From contig NW_027141363.1 in the NCBI RefSeq assembly GCF_036365525.1, positions 1 to 64,000 on the forward strand: 64,000 nt of DNA, given 5' to 3'. This document shows, piece by piece, positions 12,012-25,248 of the stretch. This stretch comes from Heterodontus francisci (taxonomy: Eukaryota). The notes under the pieces are model-generated. The model was given only the letters and a program-made list of their open reading frames with translations, did not search any database and was not told where the DNA came from. The translations under genes and the position numbers were made by a program. Each line of letters begins with the position of its first letter. Position 1 is the stretch's first letter.

Positions 12012-13068
12012 CACAATGTTACATGACAATAGTATAACTACAGGTCGAAGAGCAATGAAGCTGGTGCACTGATGCAAAACCTCACACAGAATGCACTGGA
12101 GATTTGACTCTTTATGTTAAGGGCATTATAATGTTAATTAGAAAATCATTGTGAGGAATAGAAAGGGAAGTTCGTTTCTCAGATAGTGGTAATAATGTGG
12201 AATGCACTACCACAGGGAATGGGTTGAGATGGATTTTGGAGATGCTTTCAAGGAGTAAATTGGAAAAAGACATGGGAGAGAAAGGAATAGAAGATTAGAT
12301 GAAGTAAGGGTGAGAGGAGGCTCGTGTGCAGTTTCACCACTGGCTTGCTGACACACTGTAAATTCTATATAATTAAATGTAATTATGATGTTTTATTTCA
12401 CTCATTCTGGGGGAAGAACGATGACAGCATTTTTTGGAAACAAATAATCTGCCCTCTGAGAAAACGGTTCACAAATCTGCAACTCCCTCCCTGACAGGAC
12501 TGCGGAAAGACCTACACCCCATTGAGTGCAGGGGCGATGGTTGCAAAGTGATAATGTCACTGTGCTAGTAATGTTCTGGTTCAAATCCCGGGGGTAGCTA
12601 GAGGAATTAAACTTCAACTGATAAATGAAAGTCTGGTTTAACTGCATGAAACTATCGTCAATTGTCAGAAAACCCCGCCTGTTGTCATATAAGTGACTTC
12701 AGACTTCAGTTGACTCTCAACTGCCTTCTGAAACAGCAAACCACCCAGTCCAAGAGCAATTAGGGTTGGGCAGCAAAACTTGGCCTTGCCAGCGACGCCC
12801 ATATCTGATGAAAAAAAATGAGCTAGCAGACCACTCAGAGGGCAATTAGGGATGGGCAATAAATTCTGGTCCACATGCCACGAACGAATTAAAAAAATGT
12901 ATTTCCCTGTGCATCTTAGTATTTTCCATGTATTCTGCCTTTTATGCACATTGGAAATGCTGCCTGAAATTTTTTTGTTATTTGTCAATGCAACATTTCA
13001 GTTGCAAACTGAAACTCAGAAACAGCGTGAGCTACAATCATTTTTTTTTCAAAGAACGTCCAACTCAC

Positions 13069-13121
13069 CCAACACAGTCAGTTTTGTCCCGTCACCGAAG
13101 AAATACTCGTAGCTTCCAGAA
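13069..13121 (-). CDS. TRBJ: J-beta SGSYEYFFGDGTKLTVL
   Basis: cacagtg-12-tactaaact (13122-13149), gtgagt donor. Confidence 0.95.
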
Positions 13122-13423
13122 CACAGTGTTTCAGCCCTGTTACTAAACTATACTGGTCCCTGAAAGGTTGCCGAATATTTGAGTGAATAATACAGCTCTT
13201 GTTTGTTTGTCCATGATCAGCTAAATGGGAGAAATTTTCCCTTCTTTAAACACAGATCCAGTTCAAGAATCAGTCTTTCTCCTTCTCTCTCTCTCTGTCT
13301 CTGTTTGTGTCTTAAATGCATTGGAAAAATGTCTTTCTCCAATGAACCCGGAGCCTTAAGCATCTTTCCGACCATTTCAGACAACATGCATTCTCAGAAT
13401 TGGCCTAACATTCCTGGACTCAC

Positions 13424-13473
13424 CTGCCACTACTAACTTGGTAACGCTTCCGAAGTAATATTGATTGCCAGAA
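13424..13473 (-). CDS. TRBJ: J-beta SGNQYYFGSVTKLVVA (non-canonical FGSV)
   Basis: cacaatg-12-aacaaaact (13474-13501), gtgagt donor, open frame. Confidence 0.9.
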
Positions 13474-14535
13474 CACAATGAGAGACCCTTGTAACAAAAC
13501 TTCATAAGGCGAGGTGCAGGTCTTGCCTATATCACACTTGGACCCTGTCCTCGAAAGGGTTTGTAGATCACATCTCCTTAATTTATATATCTCCTAATTT
13601 ACATTTGTGGCTCACGAGCAAGGTCATAGAATCAGAAATATACATTACTGAAGGGGAGACCATTCGGCCCATAGGACCTCTGCTGACTTCATGAAAGGGT
13701 TTTAACATAGTCCTGGATATTTCCCTTCGAGTATCTATCAATTTCCATTTTGAAAGTCACGACTGAACCAACTTCCACCACCAGTTCAGATGTGCCTTCC
13801 CGATCACAGTAACTACCTTTGTGGGAGAATGTCTCTTCATCCCGCCTCTGGTCCTTTTTGTCAATTGCCTCAAAACCTGTGTCCTCTGGTTACCGACCCT
13901 TCTACCAATGGAGACTGTTTCTGATTATTAACTCTATCCAAAACCTTCATTAATTTGAACACCTCTTTTCAATCTCCCTTTAACCTTCTCTGTTGAAAGC
14001 AGAATAATTCCAGGTTCTCCAGTCTCTACAACTATCTGAGGCCCCTCATCTCTGGTACCATTCTGGTGAATCATTTCTGCTCCCTATCTAAGGCCTTCAT
14101 AAAGTGTGGTACCCAGAACTGCACACAATGCTCCAGCTGGGACCTAACCAGTGATTTGTAAATGTTAATCCTCACTTCCTTACGGAACTCCTTGTGAATC
14201 CTTCACCAATGATGGTCTGTTCCAGCATCATCAACTGGTCATTTCAAACATATTAACCCTTTTTTTGACCTAGCTCTCTCTCTAACTCACTCCTCGCATT
14301 AAACCGCTGGAGTAACATTAGGGACAGGGGGAGGTCATTCAGAGTCTGATTTCCCAGACAGCTATCACTTGTTGATTTCCACACACACAATCGGTCATTG
14401 TTAAGAAACAGGTGGCACCTGAATAGGAAATATGATTAGCGTTATCTTCATATATTAATCTTGTAAATTTCAATCAGACTATACCATATCAGACCGTGCG
14501 GAATGATTCTGACTGACGCCACGTTAATCAGTTAC

Positions 14536-14587
14536 CTAAAACCACGAGGTTTGTGCCATCGCCAAATGTGTAGTCGTTGCTCCCTGA
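14536..14587 (-). CDS. TRBJ: J-beta SGSNDYTFGDGTNLVVL (weak nonamer)
   Basis: cacaatg-12-aacagagtg (14588-14615), gtaact donor. Confidence 0.9.
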
Positions 14588-15019
14588 CACAATGTTACAC
14601 AGTTGTAACAGAGTGAGGGAATCTTTAACTCTCTGCACACCGGTTAATTAAGTGCAGTTGCATCATTTTGTATTGGGTTGCATTTATTATCCCGCCCTTT
14701 CAGTCTTTACCTCGTTTTGTCATTTTTTTTGTCTTTGTCTCCACCTCTCCCATCTTTTTCTCTCTAATTTTCAATCCCCTTTTGCCTGCATTTAGCTCCC
14801 AATCTGTTTCTCTGTAGATATGGTTTGTCTCCCTAGCCTTCTTCCGTTTGCACCTCGCCATTCCCCTATGTTTAGTTTTTTTAACTGTTGCTTCATTACT
14901 CTTTGTTTTTTCTCAAGTTTACCTTCTCTCTCCTTTCTTCAAATTGACGGGAGAAAACTTGCTGACAGTTTTAATACTTACTGAGACCAATGATATGGTT
15001 CGACAAATATCTCACTCAC

Positions 15020-15077
15020 CCAGGATTGTTAACTTAGTGCCATCTCCGAAATATGATGGCTGGTTATTTCCTGCTCC
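15020..15077 (-). CDS. TRBJ: J-beta GAGNNQPSYFGDGTKLTIL
   Basis: cacatca-12-acaaaaaca (15078-15105), gtgagt donor. Confidence 0.93.
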
Positions 15078-15627
15078 CACATCATTATGTCACAACACAA
15101 AAACATTCCTCAATTGCGCCCTGCCAGTTTTCAGTGTCCATCTCATTAATATTTGATATTGCCCTTTGACTAACATGAGCTGACCATACAACAAAGTATA
15201 CCCATAAAATAACCGGGTGGGGAGGTGGGGGAGGGGGGGCTTGACCATTAAAGCTAGCAACATTCACAGTACCGTCTATCCATCCATCTGTGAATCTGTT
15301 AGATGTCCACAGATACAGTGCTTATAATACAGGAAGATTTTACATGGAGTTCTTCATAATTATTAATTAACTTCTACACACAAGTTGGGGACCAGATAGC
15401 TCAGTTGGCGAACGTGCCAGTTAGAACAATGCTTACAGAACGGATTCATTTCTCACTGTGTCTGGGGAAGGCAAGGGGAAGCCTCCTCATAGACACTCCT
15501 CCCCATTCATGCTTCTCTCTCCTGCTGGTGAAAAGGAGCAGAGAGCCAGTCCATCAGATGACCACCAGCCTGCACAGACAAGATGAACCCAGCATCCCTG
15601 GCTTCATTGAATGAAAGTCTAACTCAC

Positions 15628-15684
15628 CCAATACTATTAGAGCCGAACGTTCTCCAAAATGTAAAGGCTGGTAGCTCCCGCCTG
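15628..15684 (-). CDS. TRBJ: J-beta GGSYQPLHFGERSALIVL (non-canonical FGER)
   Basis: cactata-12-accaaaaca (15685-15712), gtgagt donor, open frame. Confidence 0.87.
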
Positions 15685-15839
15685 CACTATACTAAACAAC
15701 ATTACCAAAACACACCTTTGGATAGACATATACACCGACAGAAAAGTAGCTATGTCGATAGATAAACATAAAGATGGATACACAGACCGATACATTATGG
15801 ATGATGGAACAATAGATGTTTATATAGACGGTAACGTAC

Positions 15840-15889
15840 CTAAAACAGTTAACTTGGTACCAGCTCCGAAGTAGTAAATATCAGAAGAG
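15840..15889 (-). CDS. TRBJ: J-beta SSDIYYFGAGTKLTVL
   Basis: cacagag-12-atcaaaacc (15890-15917), gtacgt donor. Confidence 0.94.
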
Positions 15890-17430
15890 CACAGAGCTAA
15901 ATCCCTGCATCAAAACCTCTCACCTCTCTCTGATTCATGTCCTGAAGGAGCCTTTCACAACTAGAAAGAACCTCCAGGAGTATTGGCACAAAGGAACATA
16001 GAAATGCTGTCGCTGGAGTAGGCCATTCAGCCCATCGAGCTTGTTCTGACATTCAGTGAGGTCATGACTCATCTGTATTGTAACCCCATCAGCCTGTTTG
16101 TGTTCCAAACCCTTTTCCTAACAAGGCTCTATTATTCTCAGATTGGGAAGTGACAATTGACCCTGTGGCCTCAGCAGTTTCATAGGGGAGAGAGGCCCAG
16201 ATTTCCACCACCGTTTGTTCAGTTATGTCCTTTCTGGCATCACCCCTGAACGGCCAAGCTTTAATGTTAAGCTAATGCTCCCCTCCACCCTCACCCTTGT
16301 TCTGGGCTCTGACACCCGCGTAAATTGCAGCTCTATCTGCCCTATCGAATCCTCTCATTATCTTAAACACATCAGTTGGATCAATCCTTAATCTCCAATG
16401 CTCAACATCTCTAAGCAACCTGCCCCCACAATTTAATTCCGGCATGATTCTGGTAAATGAGGAAAGATCATTCGCAATCTGCCCTGGACTTTCAGCTCAC
16501 GTTTCCCAGGCCGTTCAATGTGCATTCTACACCCAGTCTCCATTCACAAATTTAAAAAATCCCTTTTGATATTTCTCATCCATTTAAACGCTTCAGGTTA
16601 ATGGGGAATACATCAAATCATATCGACACTTCAGCACCGAACCAGGCCATTCAGCCCACTACATCCTAGCCGATTAAATGCTACACATTATCCTTCTCAC
16701 ACCCTCTTCATCTCACCCCATCAATAGGTCCTTTTATTCCTTTCTCCCCCATATGTTTATCCAGCTTCCCTCTTAAATACATCTCTGCTATTCGCCTCAG
16801 CCCACTCCCTGTGGTAGCGAGGTCCACATTCTCGCCACTCTCTGGTTGAAAAGGCTTCTCCTGAATTCCATATTGGATTTATTAGTAACTGTCTTATATT
16901 GATGGTCCCCTGGTTCTGGTCTCCCCAACAAGTAGAATCATCTTGCCTCTGTCATAATTTTAAATACCTCGATCAGGTTATTCCCTTCAGCCTTCTCTTT
17001 TCTAGAGAAAACAGCACCAGCCTCTTCATTCTTTCCTGTGGTTATATTCTCTCAGTTTTGGGAGCTCACTTGTAAATATGTTTTGTTTTGCTCTATCCAG
17101 AGCCTCTGCTTTTTTAATCATATGCAGTCCATAACGGCATACTGAAGAATTGAATCTGACAGTTTTCGTTCTGTGCCTGTGTCCTCTTGTTCTGTTCTCA
17201 TTTGCAGCTGCAATTGCTGTTTACACTGTTTATTTTAGAGACCCTACCTTATGTCCCCACTCAAACCCCTTTCCATCCAGTGACGTGAATTCAGCAGTTG
17301 TAGGTCTCCCTTTGGCAGCTCAAGAGTCGAAATCAATTCACCAAATTCCCATATTTTCACTCCCTGGACCACCCCACGTGAATTCCCAAATTGAATTAAC
17401 TTTTCCAGCATTAGGAATGCATTCACTCAC

Positions 17431-17480
17431 CTAAAACCACCAGTTTGGTCCCATCTCCGAAATATGCTTCTCTAGCATTA
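17431..17480 (-). CDS. TRBJ: J-beta NAREAYFGDGTKLVVL
   Basis: cacaatg-12-cgcaaaatc (17481-17508), gtgagt donor. Confidence 0.95.
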
Positions 17481-18060
17481 CACAATGGTATGGGGCTGTC
17501 GCAAAATCCCCCTCTAGTCTAGATTGTTAAGTCTATTCCATTGAAGTTCTGACTGTTTCAATGGCCCGTAAAGGGTGTTGGAACAGGGGGACAGGAGGTG
17601 GCTGTTCAGCCCTTCGAGCCTCTTCCACCATGCAGTTAGATCAGGGTTGTTCTGAATCTTAACTCCATCATCCCACCTTGGTTCTGTAACTGTCAATACT
17701 TCTGTTTAACAAAAATCTAACAATCTTGAATTTGAACTTATCAATCGATGCCCAGCCTCAACAGCATATTATTTTGTTGTGGGGGGTGCGGGGAGAGTTC
17801 CTGATATCACCCCTGAACGGCTCGAATTTAAATTGTTCTGGACTCCCCCCAACCTGAAGAAGCAGTTTCTCTCTATCGATCCAACACCTCAAGCACCTCG
17901 ATTATATCAGACCCTTTAATGATCTCGATTCAAGGGACTGTCAGCTTAGTCTGAGTAACCAAGTCCTCATGATTTAACCCCTTTCTGCATCTAATATCTG
18001 AACTTACTCCCCGCATATAAACCTAGATGTTGATCTGATAGGAAGAACAGAGTCCCTTAC

Positions 18061-18108
18061 CGAAAACTGTTAACTTGGTCCCGTCGCCGAAGTAAGCTAT
18101 GTTTCCTG
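18061..18108 (-). CDS. TRBJ: J-beta GNIAYFGDGTKLTVF
   Basis: cacagtg-12-tcatgaact (18109-18136), gtaagg donor. Confidence 0.94.
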
Positions 18109-18467
18109 CACAGTGGCCTAAACCCAGTCATGAACTGGCCCGGGAACTGTTACCCTTGCAGCTGAACGGGTCTGTGCCGGGCGGTTTACCGTGGAACACA
18201 TCACCAAGCGGGCGTCCCGTTGGACTGGTCTTTGCGAACCAGAAGGAAGGGCCAGTGTCGTCCCGGGGAGAGAAACACCGCGCCAAAGTGACAAACGGAT
18301 GCTTGTGGCAGGAGGGAAATTAGGGGCAATTCTCGGCGGTCATGAGACAGATCTAACCGGCTGCCTAACTCGTTAAACTGTCCGGGGAGGAGGGGGGGGG
18401 GCAGTAAGCTTGGAATGCACACAGCTAGACATGAAGGTAGAGAGAACAAAAGACCCCTTTATCTTAC

Positions 18468-18518
18468 CTAACACCGTCAGTTTGGTGCCGGTCCCGAAAT
18501 TGAGTGGTGCTGTTGTCG
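18468..18518 (-). CDS. TRBJ: J-beta TTAPLNFGTGTKLTVL (first J of cluster 2)
   Basis: cacatca-12-acacgaacc (18519-18546), gtaaga donor. Confidence 0.93.
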
Positions 18519-19038
18519 CACATCAGCAAATCATGTTACACGAACCCGGTCGAAAACAGTTTGCTAAAAGTGACCTGCTCAGCATTTAGGAAGCACTGGT
18601 CAAGACAATCAGGACACACAAAGCAGCTTACAGCCAATGAAGCAGTTTGTTTAGGAAGTGGTCACCACAGGGAGACAGAGCAACTGATATTGGACCAAGG
18701 AAGTCCCATCAAACAGCAGTGAGATTAATGAGCAGATCATTGTGATGTTGGTTGAGCATCAATATTGGTCCCAAGACACCGGGGTGGTGTTTCAGGGGTA
18801 GAAGAGTAACCAGTTTTCACACAAATAACACAGTTATTCTCTTTTCCAGAGGAATGCTCTAGGTTATAAAGCTGGACCATTCTGAGGCATCTACAAGATT
18901 GAAAGGGCCCAGCTCCCGCCATAATCCAGAGGAGATGTTTATTCGTTTACTCTGTTGCCACTGCTCTTCTGCTGATCTTCCTCGAGGTGTGTAGAGCGAG
19001 GTTTTTGTACGGAGGCTGCATTGGATTCTATCACAGTG

Positions 19039-19051
19039 TCCCCCCTGTCCC
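19039..19051 (-). other. TRBD: D-beta segment 2, GGGACAGGGGGGA
   Basis: 5' 12-RSS cacggtg-12-acaaaaaag (19052-19079) and 3' 23-RSS cactgtg-23-acaaaaacc (19038-19000); canonical GGGACAGGGGG core, open in all three frames. Confidence 0.97.
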
Positions 19052-20678
19052 CACGGTGATAGACACTCATACAAAAAAGAACGCGAATTTTGCAAGGCCC
19101 TGCTTCTTCAAAGACTCCCGAGGGCTTCACTTGGTGAAGTCAGTTTCGATTGAGCTGCTGAAAGTTTTTTAGTCCTTTGGACCATAATTAAAGGCCGTTC
19201 ATTCCGTCTCAAAACTGTTAGCAGGAACAGGAGGTGGCCATTCCGCCCCTTGTCAGCCTGCTACACAGGTGCAGCAGGAGGCCATTCAGCCCCTCTAGAC
19301 CTTGTTATACAGGAAGAAGAGGAATCCCATTCAGCCCCTCTTGAGCTGCTTACACAGGAACAGGCCCATTCATCCACTCAAGCCTCCTTCCTTTCCTCTA
19401 CTTCCTTCCTTCCTTCCTTCCCTTCCGTCCTTCCGTCCTTCCTCCCTTCCTTCCTTTCATGCTTTTTTTTCTTGCTTGCTTTCTCTCTTGCTTTCTCTCT
19501 CTCCATTCCATCTCTCTGTTGCACCCCTTCTCCCCTTCCCCTTCCCCCATCACTTACCCGCTTCATAACCCACATTCTACCTTCTACAACGTGCAGGACC
19601 TCAGGACATACCGGCCACGGGACCTCAAACAGAAGCCACTTACTCTAGACAGTAAATCGTTCACACTGCTATCTCTTATCTTATCACTCAGAGAGACCCA
19701 TATCTGCCAAACTAGTGCAAGTTTCCCAGGTGTCGTGTTGATGTGTGCGGTGCTGTTATCATTCCTGCAGATCTCATTGCACACCAACCCCCATCGCCAT
19801 GCACCTGACATGAGGGAGAAAGGAATAGAAGTTTAGATGGTGTAGTGGGGGTGGGGAGAGGAGGCTCGTGTTCAGTATCACCACTGGCTTCATGACACAT
19901 TTCTCGGGGGATTCGAGCAATGTTTGAAAATGAATAATCCGCCCTCTGAGAAAATGGGTCAAAAAAGGAACTCCTTCCTTAACAACACTGTGGAAATACC
20001 TAAAACACATTGAACGCAGGCGTGACGCCAGCAAAATGATAATGTTGCTGGGCCTGTAATCCAGCAGCCCGGGCTAGTGTTCTGGTTGTGTGAATTCAAA
20101 TGGCCGCAGATGGGATTTAAATTGAACCGATTTATAAAAATCTGTCAGGGTGCCATGAAACTGTCGTTGATTGTCGTAAAAACCCATCTACCATCCTATA
20201 TGGGACTCCAAACCTGCAGCATGCAGTTGACTGTTAACTGCCCTCTGAAATTGCAAAGCACTCAGTTCAAGGGCCATTAGGGATGGGCAACAAATGCTGG
20301 CCTTTCCAGCGGTGCAAACATCCCATGACAAAAATAAAATCATGGCCTAGCAAACCACTCAGAAGTCAATTGTGGGTGGGCAATAAATGCATCCCAGCAC
20401 GAATTAACAATGACTTTTCCTGTTCATTTTTGTCTGTATTTTGCTCCCAATCTGTGTCTCTCTGTATATGGTTGCCTCCCTAGCCTTCTTCCACTCTCCA
20501 CCTCGCCTTTCCTCTATGTTTAATTGTTTTAACCTTTGCTGCTTTACTGCAATGCTTACTGTTTAATTTTCCAAATTTCATGTTCTCTCCCCTTTCTTCA
20601 AACGGAAGGGAGCAAACTGCCCAACAGTTTCAGTGCTGATTGAGCCCACTGATATATTTCGACCAATATTCTACTCAC

Positions 20679-20736
20679 CCAGGAACGTTAACTTCGTGGC
20701 ATCTACAAAATATGATGGATGGTTACTTCCTGCTCC
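20679..20736 (-). pseudogene. TRBJ: J-beta pseudogene GAGSNHPSYFVDATKLTFL
   Basis: Paralog of J at 15020; both glycines lost (FVDA) and nonamer deleted. Confidence 0.87.
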
Positions 20737-21257
20737 CACATCACCATGTCACAACATTCCTCAATAGCGTCCTGCTAATTTGCATTGTCCCGATCATTAA
20801 TATTTGATATTGGCCTTTGAGTGTCATTGGCCAAAGTAAACTCATAAACTAACCGGGGTTGTTGGCAATTAACACTGGAAACATTCCCAATACTGGCTCT
20901 GCATCAATGTATGGACCAGTTAGTCAGATGTCCACAGATACAGCTCTGACAATACTGGACAATTTTACTTGGAGTTCGTCATAATTATTAAGTAAGTTGT
21001 GCATGCAGGATGGGGACCGATTAGTTCGGTTAGCGAGATGGCTCACGTGTGATTCAGAGCAAGGTCAACAGCAGGGGTTCGGCTATCGTCTTGGTCTGAC
21101 TAAAGTAACGGGAAACCGCCTTACCTACGTTCTTCCCTTGTCATTCTCATCTCTCCTGCTGGAGTAAAGGAGCAGAGATCCATGGACGGAACATCTGCAT
21201 GACACAGGCAATAGGAACCCAGCCATCCTGGCTTAATCGAATAAACATCTAACACAC

Positions 21258-21314
21258 CCAAAACTGTTAGAGTCGAGCCTTCCCCAAAATGTAGAGGCTG
21301 GGCGTTCCCGCCTA
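21258..21314 (-). CDS. TRBJ: J-beta GGNAQPLHFGEGSTLTVL
   Basis: cactata-12-accaaaaca (21315-21342), gtgtgt donor. Confidence 0.9.
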
Positions 21315-21473
21315 CACTATACTAAACAACAGTACCAAAACACAGCGTTGGGTAGACAGGTACAGCCTCAAGCAAGTAATGTATCGATATCTAAACACAT
21401 GGATGGATGCACAGATACATTGTGGATCGATCGAACAATGGATATTTGCACATTTATGTAGATGGGATATTGC

Positions 21474-21515
21474 CTAAATCTTAGATCCAGTTCCGAAGTA
21501 TTAATATCAGCAGAG
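21474..21515 (-). pseudogene. TRBJ: J-beta pseudogene (YFGTGSKI*)
   Basis: Paralog of J at 15840; internal deletion, stop, donor changed to GC, heptamer damaged. Confidence 0.82.
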
Positions 21516-21809
21516 CAAAAGCTAACTCCCTGAATAAAACCTCACACCTCTCTGTGGTTCTATCCCAAGAGAGCCTTTCACAACAATGGAGAACATACAA
21601 GTACAGGAACATTGGCTGACAGCAGCACGGGAACAAAAATAGACTGTTCAGCCCTTCCAGTGGGTTCCGACATGCAAAAGGAACATGTATGTTAGTATCG
21701 TCAAGGTGGATGGAAAGAAAGGTGCAGAGCTGAGTGGTTACGTGCACAGCTCTCAATGGTGGATCGATGAAAATCGGACAGTCCAGAATTTCAGGATCAC
21801 AAAGATCTC

Positions 21810-21990
21810 GGAGAGTTGTAGAGGCTGGAGGAGGTTACAGAGATAGGGAGTGTTGTAGAGGCTGGAGGAGGTTACAGAAATAGGGAGGGTGGTAGGGGGC
21901 TGGAGGTGGTTACAGACATAGAGAGGGTGGTAGGGGGCTGGATGAGGTTACAGGGATAGGGAGGGTTGTATGGGGCTGGAGGAGGTTGAG
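21810..21990. repeat. G-rich ~38-bp minisatellite; related array at ~11620-11770
   Basis: Repeated ggctggaggaggttacagagatagggag. Confidence 0.8.
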
Positions 21991-23736
21991 GCCATTTTTT
22001 TTAGCTCATTCATGGGATGTGGGCGTCACTGACAAGGCCAGCATTTGTTACCCATCCCTAGTTGCCCTTGACAACTGCGTGGCTATTTCAGAAAGCAGTT
22101 ACGAGTAAAGCAAAATAGTTAATAGGTAGAATGAAGTAGAAGTCGTGTTTCAGCTATACAAAGCCCTGGTTACACCACATCTGGAGTTCCTCTGAGCATT
22201 TATGGGCACCAGACATTAGGAAGGATATGCTGGTCTTGGGGGAAGTGTAGTGTAGATTAAACAGACTGATTCTTGGACGCCAAGGGTTAAATTGCAAGGA
22301 AAGATTCGACATTTCCTATTCTTTGGAAAAGAGAAGGTTAAAGGGTGGTTTGAGCAAAGTTTTCAAGATATTAAGGGGAATGCATGATGTAGATGGAGAG
22401 AAACGATCTCCATTGGTTGTGCAGTCTAGATCTCCGGGACAGAGTTTAAGAATTAGAGCCAGAACTTTTCAGGCATGAAATTAGAAAACATCTTTTCACA
22501 TAAAGGATGGTAGAAGTTTGGAACTCTCTTCTGCTGGAACAATTGTCAATTTTAAATCTCAAATTGATAGATTGTTGTTAACCACAGCTATTAAGGGATT
22601 ATGGGGCAATGGGGGTATATAGAGTTAGGTCACTGATCAGTCATGATCGCATTGATTGGCAGAACAGACTCGAGGGGCCGAATGGACTACTCCTGCTCCT
22701 GTGTACCGATGATCCTATGTTCCTGTAACTTCTATTTAAACATAGAGTCAGCATTCTGCTTCAGTTAGAGTGTCCCAAATTCTGACAACTCTGAGTGAAA
22801 AGGAATCTAGTAATTGTCCTTGTAGATCTTTTGTCAATGATTTTAAATATCTGACCTTTGTTTATTGACCCATCCACCAGTAGAAATAATTTCCCCTTCA
22901 AGTAATTGTCCAGTCCCCCTTTTGAAAGTTAGTATTGAGTCTGTTTGCACCACCCTTTCAGGCAGCGCATTCCAGATAACAACACACCGCATAATTGTTT
23001 TATTCTTCATATCACCCCTGTTTATTTTGTCAATTACCTTAACTCTGTGCCCTTTGTTTACCAACGCTTCGAGCATTGGAAATTGTTTCTGAGCATGTAC
23101 TGTGTCCAAAGCCTTCATTGCTTTGGACACCTCTGTCAAATCCCCCCTTAACTTTCTCTGCTCTAGTCTCTAGACGCAACTGAAGACCCTCATCGCTGGA
23201 ACCAGTCGAATAAATCATTCGTGCAACCACTCTAAGGCCTTGACATCCATCCTAACATGTGACACCCACAATTCTCCAGCTGGGACCTAACCAGCGATTC
23301 ATCGAGGTTCAGCTTAACTCCCTTGCTCAACTCCTCGTCAATCCTTCTTTAACGAAGGTACTTTCCAGCTTCCTCAACTCTTTATTCTAAATTTCTTGAT
23401 TGTCACGTATTTGTCCCTGTACCTCACTCCTATCATCAACTCGCATTACGCCGATTTAGCTACATTAGGGACTGGATTAGGCCATTCAACCTCTGATATC
23501 CAAGGTACTTATCACATGTCGATTTCCACATGCACAATACGTCTCTAGTTTGTTTCAGGAAATATTCCATATGGGGCTCGGAAGTAATGCATGGAGTCTG
23601 AACACAAATACAAGGTGTATGTTTCTATATAAGGTCCTCAGATCCACAACTAGGTTTGAATAATTTTAAATTTCAACTAGACATCCCTCTGATTCCACTT
23701 TCCTTTAAAGAGCTAATTCGATTCTATCTCACTTAC

Positions 23737-23788
23737 CTAAAACCATGAGTTTTGAATTACCCCCAAAAGTATAACCATCGTTGCCTGA
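23737..23788 (-). pseudogene. TRBJ: J-beta SGNDGYTFGGNSKLMVL, probably non-rearranging
   Basis: Open frame and gtaagt donor, but heptamer cgcaatg (CAC broken) and FGGN motif; paralog of J at 14536. Confidence 0.8.
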
Positions 23789-24528
23789 CGCAATGTTACA
23801 CTTTTGTATCAGAACTCGCGTTTCTTCAACTCGATACACAATAGTTAATGAACATAGTTGGAACATTTTGCCTTGTGTTATATTCATTATTCCACCCTAT
23901 TGCTCTTTATCTTATATTCTGTTACAATTGATCTCCTTGTCTCTGTCTCTTTTTCACTGTTTTAAATCTAATTTCCCATCTCCCTCCAGTTTTGTCTGCT
24001 GTTTGCTCTCCATCTGGAGTTAAGAAGAATGGGAGATGATCTTCTGGGAAATTCTAAGATTCTGAGGGCGCTTGACAGGGTAAAGGCTGAGAGAATGTTC
24101 CCATGTAGAATTAAAGGGCACAGTTTCAGAATGAGGGGTCGCTCATTTAGGACGGAGTGGAGAAGGAATGTCTTCCATCAGGGAGTCGTGAATCTTTGGA
24201 ATTCCCTCCTCCAGAGCGCTGTGGAGACTGAGCCCGTGAATGCATTCAAACTGAGATAGAGAGCGGAGCCAAGGATTATGGAGAACAGGTAGGAAAGAGG
24301 GATCGAGGCCAACATCAGATCAGCCATGATCTCTGGTTGCAAATTCCTCTCTCACCAGCCCTCCTCCAATCTCCTACATTTAGCTATTTACATTCTTGCT
24401 TCTTCAATGCAATGCTTACTCTTTTGCCTGTTTTCACATTCTCTCGCCTTTCTTTAAATTGAAGAGAGTAAACTAGTCGACGTTTTCAATGCTAGTAAGA
24501 GACGTATTTTGACTAACATCTCACTTAC

Positions 24529-24586
24529 CCTGGACAGTTAATTTAGTGCCATCTCCAAAATACATAGGTTGAATACTCCCTGCTCC
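24529..24586 (-). CDS. TRBJ: J-beta GAGSIQPMYFGDGTKLTVQ
   Basis: cacatca-12-acaaaaaca (24587-24614), gtaagt donor. Confidence 0.93.
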
Positions 24587-24930
24587 CACATCATCACCTC
24601 ACATCACAAAAACATTCCCCAACTCTCTTCTGGAAGAAAAGAAACTCACTGGGCCATTCCTTAATATTTGATAGTGACCTCTGGTTAACGCAAGCTAACT
24701 GTAAGTTAATGTAAACTCGTGGACTAACCAGGCAGTTTGCAGTTATAACTCTCAGAATTCCCAAGACTGCCTGCCCCGTCTAAATGTGGACCTTTTAGTC
24801 AGTTATCCACCGTGGCAGTCCTGACAATAGGAGATTTTCTCTAAGTCCCTCCCAATTATTCATTCAATCCTTCTTGCAAGATGTTTACAGGTGACCCTTG
24901 CTTCATTGAAAACAAAGAAACTGAACTCAC

Positions 24931-24987
24931 CCAAAATCGTCAACGTGGACCCGTCCCCAAAATGTAGCAGGTTGGTATACCCGCCCG
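24931..24987 (-). CDS. TRBJ: J-beta GGYTNLLHFGDGSTLTIL
   Basis: cactgaa-12-accaaaata (24988-25015), gtgagt donor. Confidence 0.9.
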
Positions 24988-25198
24988 CACTGAACTAAAC
25001 AACAATACCAAAATACAACGATGGGTAGACAGATCTATGGACAGACAAATAGATAGATAGATGGACAAACAGACAGACAGATGGATCCACAGACCAACAA
25101 ATAGATAGGTACATTGATAGATAAAGAAATAGAAAGACTTACAGATGAAAAGAGATGTTTACATATATAAATATCTACATGTGCAAACATAATCTTAC

Positions 25199-25248
25199 CT
25201 AAAACAGTGAGTTTCGTCCCAGCTCCGAAATAATAAATCTCACCAGAG
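25199..25248 (-). CDS. TRBJ: J-beta SGEIYYFGAGTKLTVL
   Basis: cacaatg-12-attaaaaca (25249-25276), gtaaga donor. Confidence 0.95.

Noticed and set aside
19250-19836. Hydrophobic or low-complexity ORFs between cluster 1 and D2 that might be a C/TM remnant
   Set aside because: They derive from a CCTT/CT microsatellite; no Ig-C or TM-Lys motif
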